Source of the DNA: Octopus vulgaris
Lineage: Eukaryota
Direction: 5' to 3'
Assembly (NCBI GenBank): GCA_951406725.2
Contig: OX597821.1
Span: forward strand, 100,192,001 to 100,256,000
DNA: 64,000 nt
The position numbers and the translations under genes were made by a program. Below the pieces are notes generated by a model that was not told where the DNA came from, searched no databases, and saw only the letters and a list, made by a program, of their open reading frames with translations. How positions within the stretch are numbered: position 1 is the stretch's first letter; each line of letters opens with the position of its first letter. This document shows, piece by piece, positions 52,420 through 64,000 of this stretch.

Positions 52420-52476
52420 CTCTGCTGATGAGTGGAAAAATCCGTTGGATTAATCCCGAAATCGTTCGATACAGAG
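52420..52476 (+). ncRNA. Type I hammerhead ribozyme, intact canonical core
   Basis: CUCUG-CUGAUGA-G uggaaa AAUCC guu GGAUU aaucc C-GAAA-UCG uu CGA-UA^-CAGAG. Cleavage predicted after 52471. Confidence 0.85.
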
Positions 52477-52716
52477 CTAATGAATTTAAAAAAAAATTCT
52501 GTTAGCTTGCTTTCTTCGAGTCAACACGATGTGTATTTATAATGAGTATATTGTATGTGGTGATTGACGATTTGAGGTCTATTTCTCACCGTATTGGCAT
52601 AGAAGTGTTTTCCTTTTGCTCTTATTTATAATTATTTATAATTTTCACCTTAAGAGGTATTTTAATATGCTGACCACTTGAAATTATTTTTGAAAATTTT
52701 TTATCCTATATTAGAA

Positions 52717-52774
<58 letters not shown>

Positions 52775-52778
<4 letters not shown>

Positions 52779-54180
52779 TGGTAAAAACGGTAAGATAACA
52801 AAAGAAAGAAAGAGACCTCAATATTATGTAAATAGAGGAAATTTATCTATAAAATAATATGTTACAATTACTCAATAGTCAAGATAAAACTCTAAATGGA
52901 GCTTGCATGTCCGAGACCATCATCTATGCTGCTACCGTGGACTGTATAACCACTAAAGACACCGCTTCGACGAAGAAATACATGGGCCTTACAGAGGGTA
53001 ATTTCAAGGCCAGCTTCAATAACCACACCTTGAGTTTTAGGCACTGGAACAAAAGAAAAGCGACAAAATTATCTAATCATATTTGGTCTTTAAAAGATAA
53101 AGGTGTCAATCATAACATCCATTGGAAGATTTTGGCCAAATGTAAGCCCTACACCAACGGCAGCGGAAAGTGCGGTCTATGCGACATGGAGAGATGGCTT
53201 ATCTGGAAAAGCAGCTTTTACCCTACTACATGTCTAAACTCAAGGACAGAACTTTTCGGATCATGCCCACATGTGACAAAATTTTTGTTACGTTTTTGGT
53301 CCCCTCAAGAAAACAGATAGAACATGCTTTCCATATTATGTCCCAAAAAGTTTTTTTATCTCATTATACCTTTTATTATTTCATATATTTTTATATTTTC
53401 ACACATAATTTTTTTCTGTACTCTTCCATCCTGCATTTTTCCTGTGCCTATATAGACGTGTATATAGATTCATTTGTACACGTGTGTGAATATGTATGAG
53501 TGGGCAGTTTTAGATATGTGCGTGTGTGCGGGTATAAGAATGCATATATATATAGACGTTTTTACTTAGTATTTTTACAATTTTTAAAGTTTTTTTTTTG
53601 GGGGGGGGCATATGTATATTCATTTTTTGTGTATGCGTGTGTGTGTATGTATATATAAACATGTTCGGGTATGTACATATATGGGCGTGTGTGTATGAGT
53701 GCATAAGGGCATGTCCGTATATGAACGTGGGTTTTACGCTTTGTATACTTCCTTATGTTTCTTTCTGTTACCTTTAACCATGTTTTTTCTTGTGCTTGTG
53801 CGTATATAGACGTATGTATGAACTTTTACGGTACGCGTGTGTGTATGAGTTTGTATATATATGCGTATACATTTGGCGAAAAATGCGAGTGAAGATGTGT
53901 ACGTTTTCATAGTGACGTATAAGTACGCACGTGGGTCCGCGAGCGCACATGTGAGCCTATGAGTAGCCATGTTTACGTGTTTACTATGAACTTTTAATCT
54001 TAGTTTATATAAGTAGAGAATTATAACACAGTAATTTCCCTTTATATAACGGTATTTTTTCATAGCGTTTTTCAGATGGCCAGATAACCGAAGAGATGGT
54101 GTTGTGGATTTCCACTTCGGTATCTGAAACTCAGAGTTTTATCTTGACTATTGAGTAATTGTAACCTATTATCTTATATA
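52775..54180 (+). mobile_element. 5'-truncated Penelope-like element with inverted terminal repeat
   Basis: GIY-YIG fragment, TG-rich 3' UTR and an HHR-like structure at 54072-54140. 52848-52893 is the reverse complement of 54133-54178. Flanked by (TA)n. Confidence 0.85.
52892..53320 (+). pseudogene. GIY-YIG endonuclease domain of a Penelope-like retroelement (RT missing)
   Basis: LNGAC..ETIIYAATV...KYMGLTEGNFKASFNNHTLSFRH...LSNHIWSLK...WKIL...CGLCDMER...LNSRTELFGSCPH. Shows IIY/YMG motifs and Cys/His ligands. The ATG at 52859 lies in the inverted arm and is not native. Confidence 0.85.
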
Positions 54181-54243
54181 TATATTAGCTACTGCACGCA
54201 TTTTTTTTCTCTCCTTCTTTCTGTGTTTTTTTCTCTCTGTGTA

Positions 54244-54281
54244 TCTTTCTGTTGAAGAGCGTAGGCTCGAAACGTTAAAGA
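54244..54281 (+). ncRNA. Minimal hammerhead motif (CUGUUGA, A6>U)
   Basis: UCUUU-CUGUUGA-A-GAGC guag GCUC-GAAA-CGU-U^-AAAGA. 5-bp stem I, AACGUU palindrome. Confidence 0.6.
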
Positions 54282-54419
54282 CTTGTTTTATTTATATTTC
54301 CTGAGCGCCATACTAATACAATTGTTTTATTGTTTTCCACCTGCCTTCGTCTTTTGTTTATTTTCATAAAGCTTCCCGTTATATATATATATGTATTTAT
54401 GTGTGTGTGTGTGTGTGTG

Positions 54420-54575
54420 TACGACTGCCTTCTTTCAGTTTCTGTCTACTAAATAAACTCACAAGTCTTTGGTCGACTCGAAGCTACAGTAGAAGACACT
54501 TGCTCAAGGTGCCAGGCAGTGGGACTGAACCCGGAATCATGTGGTTGGGAAGCAAGCTTCTTACCACACAGGCAA
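54420..54575 (-). mobile_element. SINE family A, 5' half
   Basis: agaagacacttgctcaaggtgcc..cagtgggactgaacccgga. Confidence 0.85.
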
Positions 54576-56514
54576 GCCTATATATTAAATTAAATAAAGG
54601 TCGGGAATTATGTAGTAAACCACACCAGCTTACAGCCGTTTCTGTTATGAGATGCATTGCATTCCTAGCTGGGTGTGTGTACATCACTTTATTGCCTCTT
54701 CGGAACCTCTCATTCTAGAAGCTTCGAGGAAGCTATAAGGTGGTGTACACTGCACCCTATAGCAGAGACAACTGTAACCACATGAAGTTGATCGCATAAT
54801 CCTTGCTCCCTTATTTTAAATTACGCGTAGTACATGACTAACTCTTCATTCTGAAACATATGTATAATGAGTTCTAACACCAGGTTATTAATATCGCTAT
54901 ACCTAAGCGAAATATTTATACATACAAACATACACACACACACAAACACATGCACACACACACACATACACACAAACGTATGTATGCAAGAATTTATGTA
55001 TGTGTATAGGCGCTGGGGTTGCTGTCCGCTAAAGAATTTCTTCGAGATCATGTAGGCATGGGTTCTACCCCACTGCTCGTCATACGTGGCAAATGTGTTC
55101 TACTGCGGCATCATATTGGCTAGTGTCTCACCGTAGAAATATGAGCTGACAGAAACTTTGCAGAATGCGTGTGGGAGTAAGTGCTCAATTGGTACGTATT
55201 TTGTAGACCCTGAAAAAAATGAAAGGCAAAGTCGACTTCGGTGACATTTCCAAATCAGAGGTTAAAGAGCCGGTATGAATGCAGCTAAGCATGTTATTCA
55301 ATTCGCCTACGATTCTGTTAATTCTCTGCCTTCATCTAAGATTTTCTACTTGCATCATTTAATGTTCTACCAACCTCGCAGCTCAAATAAATATAACAAT
55401 GATACTGGTATAAAATCAAACATACTTGGGGCTAAACTGTTAATGATCTACACCCCCCCCCGCCTCAAAAACAAAGTATCTACTGATTTGTTCTTCACAT
55501 TCTGCTCGTAGTCTTGTAATAACATGTCAGTTAGATAACAGAAATATCAAGGAATTGGCACTGCATTGTATTGCTTAGGAGGGTCGGTGCGATTTCCTTC
55601 AGACATAGTGGGCCCGTATATGTTTCTACAAACACGGTCTTTTTTTGTATGAACTCTGCGTGATAACAGTGGTAATATAAAACAGTGGTAATATGAATTA
55701 TGTCTAGTTATCATTATATGTGAATTTATCTAATTAATGTATTAATCTACTTGGATATTTTATCTAATATTCTTATTGCTACTGTTTGAAAAAGCGCTTA
55801 CAAGTATACATACATACATACGTAAATATACATATGCGTATACCTATATATATGTATGTGTAGATGTATGTATACTCTACATACAAACACATCAAATACC
55901 TGTACAGAACAGATTAATGATAACATTTTATCTTAGTTTCCCTTTATGTGTTACTATTACAATCTGTAAATGGAATTTATGCTGTGTTGCTTATTTGCAC
56001 ACACACATTCTCACATACATTCACAAATACACAAACACAGACACACACACATGACTCTAAATATTTGTCTATAAACCTGCTTGCGTCAGTTGGCTTCCAT
56101 TTTGTTTGGAATTCATGTTATGTCTTAATTTTTGTAAATATGGTGAAGACAACTCTACTAAACAATAAATAAACAAAACGCTATAAAATAGAAAAAACAA
56201 GAAAAAATTATATTTAATGAGAAAGACAAAAATATGAATTTAAAACTGAATAAAATCTGTTTAGCCAAACATTTTAATTTATGTCGTATCATAGAATATT
56301 TTCTATACGATACAGAAGAAAGGTGAGTTTTTTGTAGTCTAATAAAGAAATAACGCCAAAGATATGCAAAAACATTGAATAACAAATACACTACAATATT
56401 TGAATATAATTAAATAACAGTTGTTACTATTAATTATAGATGAATTGATATTTATGATAAGAAAATGTCGACTGTATAGAGTAAATTTATATGTCTTTCT
56501 GACTGAAAAATAGT

Positions 56515-56592
<78 letters not shown>

Positions 56593-56797
56593 ATCTATCT
56601 ATCTATCTACCTACCTATCTGTTTATCTATCTATCTATCCTCCCCTTCCTCCTCTCCCCTCCCTCCCCTCTCTGTATATATATTCATACATTCATATATA
56701 TCTATGTATATACACATGTATATATATAAACATATATACGATATATATATATATATATATATATAGGTATATAGGTATATTTATGTATATGCATTTG

Positions 56798-56828
<31 letters not shown>

Positions 56829-56855
56829 TATATATATAATTGTATACATACTTAC

Positions 56856-56887
<32 letters not shown>

Positions 56888-57351
56888 TTATATTATATAT
56901 ATAAATGTATACATAATTACACACATATATATATATATATATACACACACACATATATAAATAAACTTTCCACTACTTTGTCCTTTGTCTCTGGTATAAT
57001 ATACATTCTAGAAATGCAATTAGATTTCATTAACAGCATATAAAGGATGTAGTGCCATCTTACTTTTGTGTAATTAGTTCAGTCGAGGCATACACGTTTC
57101 AATACTAAAATATGGATTGAGTTACAATCGGAGTGAGTCATCGGCTGCGAATGAACATCCACGTATGCATATTGCATGCAAACACGCGTACATATATATA
57201 CACAATACATGCATACATACATGCACGCACACACATGTACATGCACATACGTATACATACACGTACACACCTACGTACACACAGAGATATATTTGCAACC
57301 ACACACACATGCCTACATAAGATACACATACACATCATTCACACATAAAGA

Positions 57352-57403
<52 letters not shown>

Positions 57404-57470
57404 CATTTATACATATATATATATACATGCATATATATATATACATATATATATCTATACATAAATACAT

Positions 57471-57534
<64 letters not shown>

Positions 57535-57737
57535 ACACACACATTCATAGATACATATGTACATGGACACAAAACACACACACGTATATCACAGATACTA
57601 TATATATATATATATAATTCATTTATTCTATATTATATATATATATATGTATATATATATGTGTGTGTGCGTGTGTGTGTGTATGTGTATGCATTCAATA
57701 CATGCGTACATACACGTGTGTATGTATGTGCGTGTGT

Positions 57738-57781
<44 letters not shown>

Positions 57782-58538
57782 ATAGATATTTAATCGATCG
57801 TTATTTATGCTGGACAAATGTGAATTCTCAACAGCATTAAGATGCATTAAGAACTGCTTGCTGCTGGTTATACAAACAATGTTTACGCGCCTACTTTACA
57901 GTGTCTGCCGCTTCTCATATTTATACGTAGATCTCCCTTTCTCTGCATCTCTCTCTCCCCCACTCTCTCTGTCATCTCTTCTCGTTCTTCGATTTCTCTT
58001 TCTTACATACCATTTCTCATATTTCATATATGGAATTTCTACTTTCTATACCACCTAATTAACTGACATCTGTTCACAGTGCATAAGTATGTATGATTAT
58101 AATGCATTTTCGCCGTATAAATGTCAGCTCATGTCCCAACAGTCATATCTCTTGGCACGCCTTACATGAATTTTCGAATAGCTTAAGACACTGCTTTATA
58201 CAAATATCGAATATGCTCTAAGTACAGAAATATGACCTGTGCATCATTTATTTCAATGGTGACTGCAGAGGAAATGGACAGGAAATTGTCTTGACACATA
58301 TATGAGTATATCTATACGAGGCAATGAAGATACATTTTATCATTCATCCACCCATTTATCCTCTACACCCGCTATTGCTGGGAGGCTCGTGGAGGTTAGA
58401 GTCCTCTGGTACCTCATCCATAGGTTCCTATCAGAAGCGGCCTTCATTACACTTTCCGGTTGAGTTCTCAAGCGCGACCATTTGAGACTAAGGATATCAT
58501 TCAATCATCTCATTTTTGGCTTACCCCTATGAGTCCTA

Positions 58539-58862
58539 GTGAAGGCGCGTGGGTTAGTGGTTAGGGTATTCGACTCACGATCGCAAGGTCCTGAGTTCGA
58601 TTCCCAGCGATACGTTATGTCCTTGAGCGAGACATTTTATTTCACGTTGCTCCATTCCACTCACCTGGAAAAAATGAGTTGTACCTCTATGTTAAAGGCC
58701 CAGCCTTGTCACATTCTGTGTCACGCTGAATCTCCTTCAGAACTACGTTATAGGTATACGTGTCTGTGGAGTGCTCAACCACTTGCACGTTAATTTCACG
58801 AGTAGGTTCTTCCGTTCATCAGAACAACTGAAACCATCGTCGTCGTAACCGACGCCGTGTCA
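58539..58862 (+). mobile_element. SINE family D (tRNA head, CORE/V-like centre)
   Basis: gtgaaggcgcgtgggttagtggttaggg...gagttcgattccc carries A/B boxes, followed by tgtccttgagcgagaca. Confidence 0.8.
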
Positions 58863-58889
58863 GCAGTAATGCTTCCTATCAGTTGGTTC

Positions 58890-60927
58890 GTCTTGAAGAA
58901 TCCGTCCTACGACTCTTTCCTGCGACATTCTGACCGGATGTTAGTACAACCGGAGCTGTGTAGAGACGCGTGGATTAGAGGTTAGGGGAGTTGGATTCGA
59001 CTTAAAACCTTTGCCTGTCCTTGTTTGTCCCCTCTATGTTTAGACCCTTGTTGGCAATAAAGAAATAAGGAACGTTAGCACACCGGGCGAAATGATTAGC
59101 TGTATTTCGTCTGTCTTTACGTTCTGAGTTCAAATTCTGTCGAGGTCGACTTTTCCTTTCATCCTTTCGGGGTCGATAAATTAAGTACCAGTTGCGTACT
59201 GGAGTTGTTCTAATTGACTGGCTCCTCTCCCCAAAATTTCGTACCTTGTGCCTAGAGCAGAAAAAAATATGTTACTAGCTATAAAGTCCCACTAACTTAA
59301 TATGATACTATATAGAGTAGTGCTAGTGAAGATATACATGCGTCAGTTGTGTTCCACTGCGGGGTCGGGTTTTAGGTGGCGCAACTGACGTTGAAAAAGA
59401 AAATCTTTCTGCGATATCATATTATAAAATATATTAACCGTAAATATTTACGGAAACCTAAAATACATTCACAAAAATAGGACACTCCAAAAATAGGAAT
59501 GTCACTTGTTTACATACGTCTTTCAATATATCACTCATATATTATATTGGTTTCAAATTTTGGCACAAGGCCAGTAGTTTCGTGGTGGGGGTGTGTAGTC
59601 AGTTACATCGATCCAAGTGTTTGACTGGTACTTACTTTATAGACCCCGAAAGGACGAAAGACAACATTGATTCCGGCGGAATTTGAACTCAGAACAGATG
59701 AAATGCCGCAAAGCATTTTACCTGGCGCAGTAATGATTCTACCAGTTCGCCGCCTTACTCCTAAATTACATAATACCTTGTATTCACAATTGAGCTGTCT
59801 CTACCAGTCAACATATTGGGATTTAGATGCTTAAGTCTCTTTTGGCAGTACCCAGCTCTCTATTAAGAAGTGTGGCCTAACGTCTCTGCCTGAAACATAA
59901 AGCAAAGTCTTGAAGAATCCGTCCTACGACTCTTTCCTGCGACATTCTGACCGGATGTTAGTACAACCGGAGCTGTGTAGAGACGCGTGGATTAGAGGTT
60001 AGGGGAGTTGGATTCGACTTAAACCTTTGCTTGTCCTTGTTTGTCCCCTCTATGTTTAGACCCTTGTTGGCAATAAAGAAATAAGGAACGTTAGCACACC
60101 GGGCGAAATGATTAGCTGTATTTCGTCTGTCTTTACGTTCTGAGTTCAAATTCTGTCGAGGTCGACTTTTCCTTTCATCCTTTCGGGGTCGATAAATTAA
60201 GTACCAGTTGCGTACTGGAGTTGTTCTAATTGACTGGCTCCTCTCCCCCAAAATTTCGTACCTTGTGCCTAGAGCAGAAAAAAATATGTTACTAGCTATA
60301 AAGTCCCACTAACTTAATATGATACTATATAGAGTAGTGCTAGTGAAGATATACATGCGTCAGTTGTGTTCCACTGCGGGGTCGGGTTTTAGGTGGCGCA
60401 ACTGACGTTGAAAAAGAAAATCTTTCTGCGATATCATATTATAAAATATATTAACCGTAAATATTTACGGAAACCTAAAATACATTCACAAAAATAGGAC
60501 ACTCCAAAAATAGGAATGTCACTTGTTTACATACGTCTTTCAATATATCACTCATATATTATATTGGTTTCAAATTTTGGCACAAGGCCAGTAGTTTCGT
60601 GGTGGGGGTGTGTAGTCAGTTACATCGATCCAAGTGTTTGACTGGTACTTACTTTATAGACCCCGAAAGGACGAAAGACAACATTGATTCCGGCGGAATT
60701 TGAACTCAGAACAGATGAAATGCCGCAAAGCATTTTACCTGGCGCAGTAATGATTCTACCAGTTCGCCGCCTTACTCCTAAATTACATAATACCTTGTAT
60801 TCACAATTGAGCTGTCTCTACCAGTCAACATATTGGGATTTAGATGCTTAAGTCTCTTTTGGCAGTACCCAGCTCTCTATTAAGAAGTGTGGCCTAACGT
60901 CTCTGCCTGAAACATAAAGCAAAGTCT
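58890..60927 (+). repeat. Near-perfect tandem duplication of ~1017 bp containing two opposed family B SINEs per unit
   Basis: 58890-59906 is repeated at 59907-60923 with gtct microhomology at the junction. I found only two homopolymer indels and one substitution. Confidence 0.95.
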
Positions 60928-61639
60928 AATAATTTTTATTGTGGAAATCAGATATATCCACCCAAAATTTCATTGCCCTTTACTGCAGAAAGTAGTCTGT
61001 CTTTTGTTGAGGAATTTTATGTTTGAAACTGTTTTTTGTTGAGTTATATCAAGTTTATTGAGGCAACGTGACTTGCAGAAAATACCAGTTCTATTATTTT
61101 AGTAGATATTTAACTTCAGTATAGGAATAACCATGAAATTTAATTTCGCAGTGAAAGGGTTATACTTGGCATCATAAAATTCGAGGAAATCTGTCTTGCA
61201 AATACTGTCTGCAAATAAAGGAACTCCATCCAATATATCTGACGAAAAAGTCTGCTAAGAAATTCTGAAGGTTGGTGGAAGCGTTGTCACAATCCTATTA
61301 GCAGTGAACAAAACCGTGCTTGATTGATTGGTTTTAATTTCTTTCGAAGTATATCTTTAAGCTGTAAATGGGGAAAATGAAGCCTTTGAAAATTTTACAT
61401 ATTAATGTAGTTTTGTAATTGCATTCACCTGTCCCAGTTATCCAAGACACAATTTTGTTGTAACGGATTGAAAGAGCAGAATACACTAGCATCACTACAA
61501 CTATAAAAAACAACCCAGAACACTTTAAGATATCCTTTGTTAGCTTATATACGATTGATGAAATGTCAGTAAGTGTCCTATTTTTTCTCTAGAAATGTTC
61601 ACCTATTACACTATACAGCTATCTCTATGATCTTCCACA

Positions 61640-61990
61640 ACACTCCAATTATCACAAGGGTTTGTCTCTTATTGGCCAAGGCTTTGTCTATCTGGATAGC
61701 ACCATATGAAGAGGTCTTTTAGATTATGTTTTATGGGCAATAGATCACTTGTGTGGTGAACAGTCGTTCAATGAAATGTATCCAGGTGTCTGCGGATTGT
61801 TTAGTATCTTTACGAGGAAGTCGTCCGACCGTTTAAAAAAGATTATGGGGTATTTTACTATTTTCATTTCTTTCACGATAATGTTGAATAAGGCAGGACC
61901 AATTGAGGTATAAAAGCTGTGCCGTAATGTTGTTATGTAATGTGAGGTAAATCCATCTGTAGGGGTGGAGTATATATTTATTGTTGTAAG
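61640..61990 (-). mobile_element. Decayed 3' end of a CR1/L2-like LINE
   Basis: Minus strand SHYITTLRHSFYTSIGPALFNII resembles the GPQLFNIL motif at about 22000. Confidence 0.5.
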
Positions 61991-63187
61991 ATATTTTCAA
62001 ATGGATTGGCTACATCCGAAAATACCATCGTTAAACATAACACTAAATCAATTACTTTGGAAAAAAAGGAAAGAATTCAATATTTCTTATAAGCGCTCTC
62101 CTCATAGCAGAGGATTATCAGAATCGTTAGAGCGTCGAACAAAATGCCAACAGTGTTCAATTACAGCTCGTTTCAATTTGAGTTCAAAATACTATCCATG
62201 CGATCTTTGCCCTTCATCCTTCAAGGTGAGCTGATCCTTCATCCTGTCAAGTGATGTGTAGATTTAGTATTGCTATAAATTATCTGAGATGCGAATGCAA
62301 TTATTATAGAGAACTAAGAGATCATAATGAACAAGAAAACCTTGAACATTGTACAATAAATCACAAGCTTTGTAGAATTAAGCATAAGCATTGTTACCTT
62401 ACATTGAACTCTATGGATCAGGATGATTCGTAAGGAAAACGTCATCTCTCATTAGCAACAACGACAGGACGAAAAACCAGCTTCATTAAATTTTGCATGT
62501 GCTAAAACCAAAAGATTGCCTAATGACTGGGGAAATTAATGGCCCCAAAACTTCCCCTAATTTAATATGCGCATATGCATCTATGCCACTCTATGCTTCT
62601 CCTAAAATATAAATTACATTTTGTAAAGATCTGAAAGAACTGCTTAAAACAGGTACATTATCGAAATCCTTTTTGCATAACGGGAGATTTTAAAAACAAA
62701 ATTGGGTTATTTCGGTGTCAGAAAAATAGATAAAATGTTGATGGTTATTGAGTTACATATATAGATATTATGCACTCACTATCCAGATGCAACCTATTCT
62801 GTGAAACCTTGAATTACCAATCGCTAGTTATTCTGATTTCGAAGTATCTTATTCATACATTATGTCTGATTTCAAAACTTTGGATCTCTTCCAACACGCT
62901 CAGCCGTTCAGGGAACCACAATTAAACGCAAATTTAGAAGATGTAGCAATCATTCAAGTTGCATTAGAAAAATATAAAAAAACTTCACTACACACACTGC
63001 TTCAATAAATACACACACACACACACGCACACATATATATATATATGTATGTAACTATACATGCATATACAGACATATGTATGTGTGTATGCATGTGTAT
63101 ATATAGACATATGTAATGTATATATGCATGTTTATATATATATACATACAAACATACGTCCATACATACATAAATATATACATACAT

Positions 63188-63273
<86 letters not shown>

Positions 63274-63786
63274 TTATTTATAAATATGTATGTATGTATC
63301 TATACATGCATATACAGACAGATATGTATGTGTGTGTATGCATGAGTATATATAGACATATATATAATGCATGTATGCATTATATGTATGTTTATATATA
63401 TACATACATACATACATACATACATACATACATACATACATACATACGACTATATATGTATGTTTATGTGCGACTGTGTGTATAAACGCTTTCGCTGAAA
63501 CATATATGTGTACATACATGGATACATAAATACATACGTGTGTACATTTATATATAGAAGCGTACACATACAAACACGCATATACACACGCGCACTCACA
63601 CATACAAACGCACAGACACTCGCACACACACTCACAGCCACATACGCATCCCTTCCCTCCACCCCACACACATTCAAGTATTATCGCTGAAAGTCATTGG
63701 TCCAAGCCATTATGAAATACATATTCATCACATTCAAGATATACGTAACATAACGAATGGTTTGAGGGAAATCGAAACATATAAAT

Positions 63787-63845
63787 GGCGGTGCCCCAGC
63801 ATGGCCACAGCTCATAAGCTGAAACTGGAATCAATCAATCAATCA
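63787..63845 (+). mobile_element. LINE 3' stem-loop tip with (TCAA)n tail
   Basis: ggcggtgccccagcatggccacagctcataagctgaaac. Confidence 0.7.
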
Positions 63846-64000
63846 TATAAAGAAACCAATGGGAAGAAGGAATAGGTTACGGACTGATTCCTTCTTCCCT
63901 CAGTTATGTCACGTTATATGAATGAAGATGGTCGATTCATAAGATGATCAGTGCGTCGAACAAAATAACTTGCGTTATTAGTTGTGGAGCCTCACGTTCT

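Larger units (their letters stand above)
51791..52717 (+). mobile_element. Penelope-like terminal-repeat array: inverted partial repeat plus a ~495-bp tandem unit with hammerheads
   Basis: 51791-51987 is an inverted copy of 52417-52616. 52098-52226 and 52592-52716 are direct repeats. The array ends in (TA)n. Confidence 0.8.

Overview
AT-rich, microsatellite-dense animal non-coding DNA (intron or intergenic). The SINE families and the (TA)n/(CA)n/(TATG)n density suggest an octopod cephalopod (inference, not database-checked). Nearly every entry in the ORF track is a microsatellite or SINE artefact, and no intact cellular gene is visible apart from two weak candidate exons. The window is a mosaic of at least four tRNA-derived SINE families (about 45 copies), LINE remnants (CR1/L2-like, R4-like, Tx1/L1-like), Tc1/mariner and pogo-like MITEs, a foldback element with a TTAGGG-like centre, and a 1-kb tandem duplication. 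The most striking layer is about a dozen minimal type I hammerhead ribozyme (HHR) motifs, most in short inserts within or beside (TA)n tracts, together with a Penelope-like GIY-YIG endonuclease fragment. They include a 354-nt tandem retrozyme-like unit whose two HHRs have a U3-A8 covariant core, a neighbouring G3-C8 candidate, and inverted duplications that start at the predicted self-cleavage sites. All folds were assigned by eye and none has been tested for activity.
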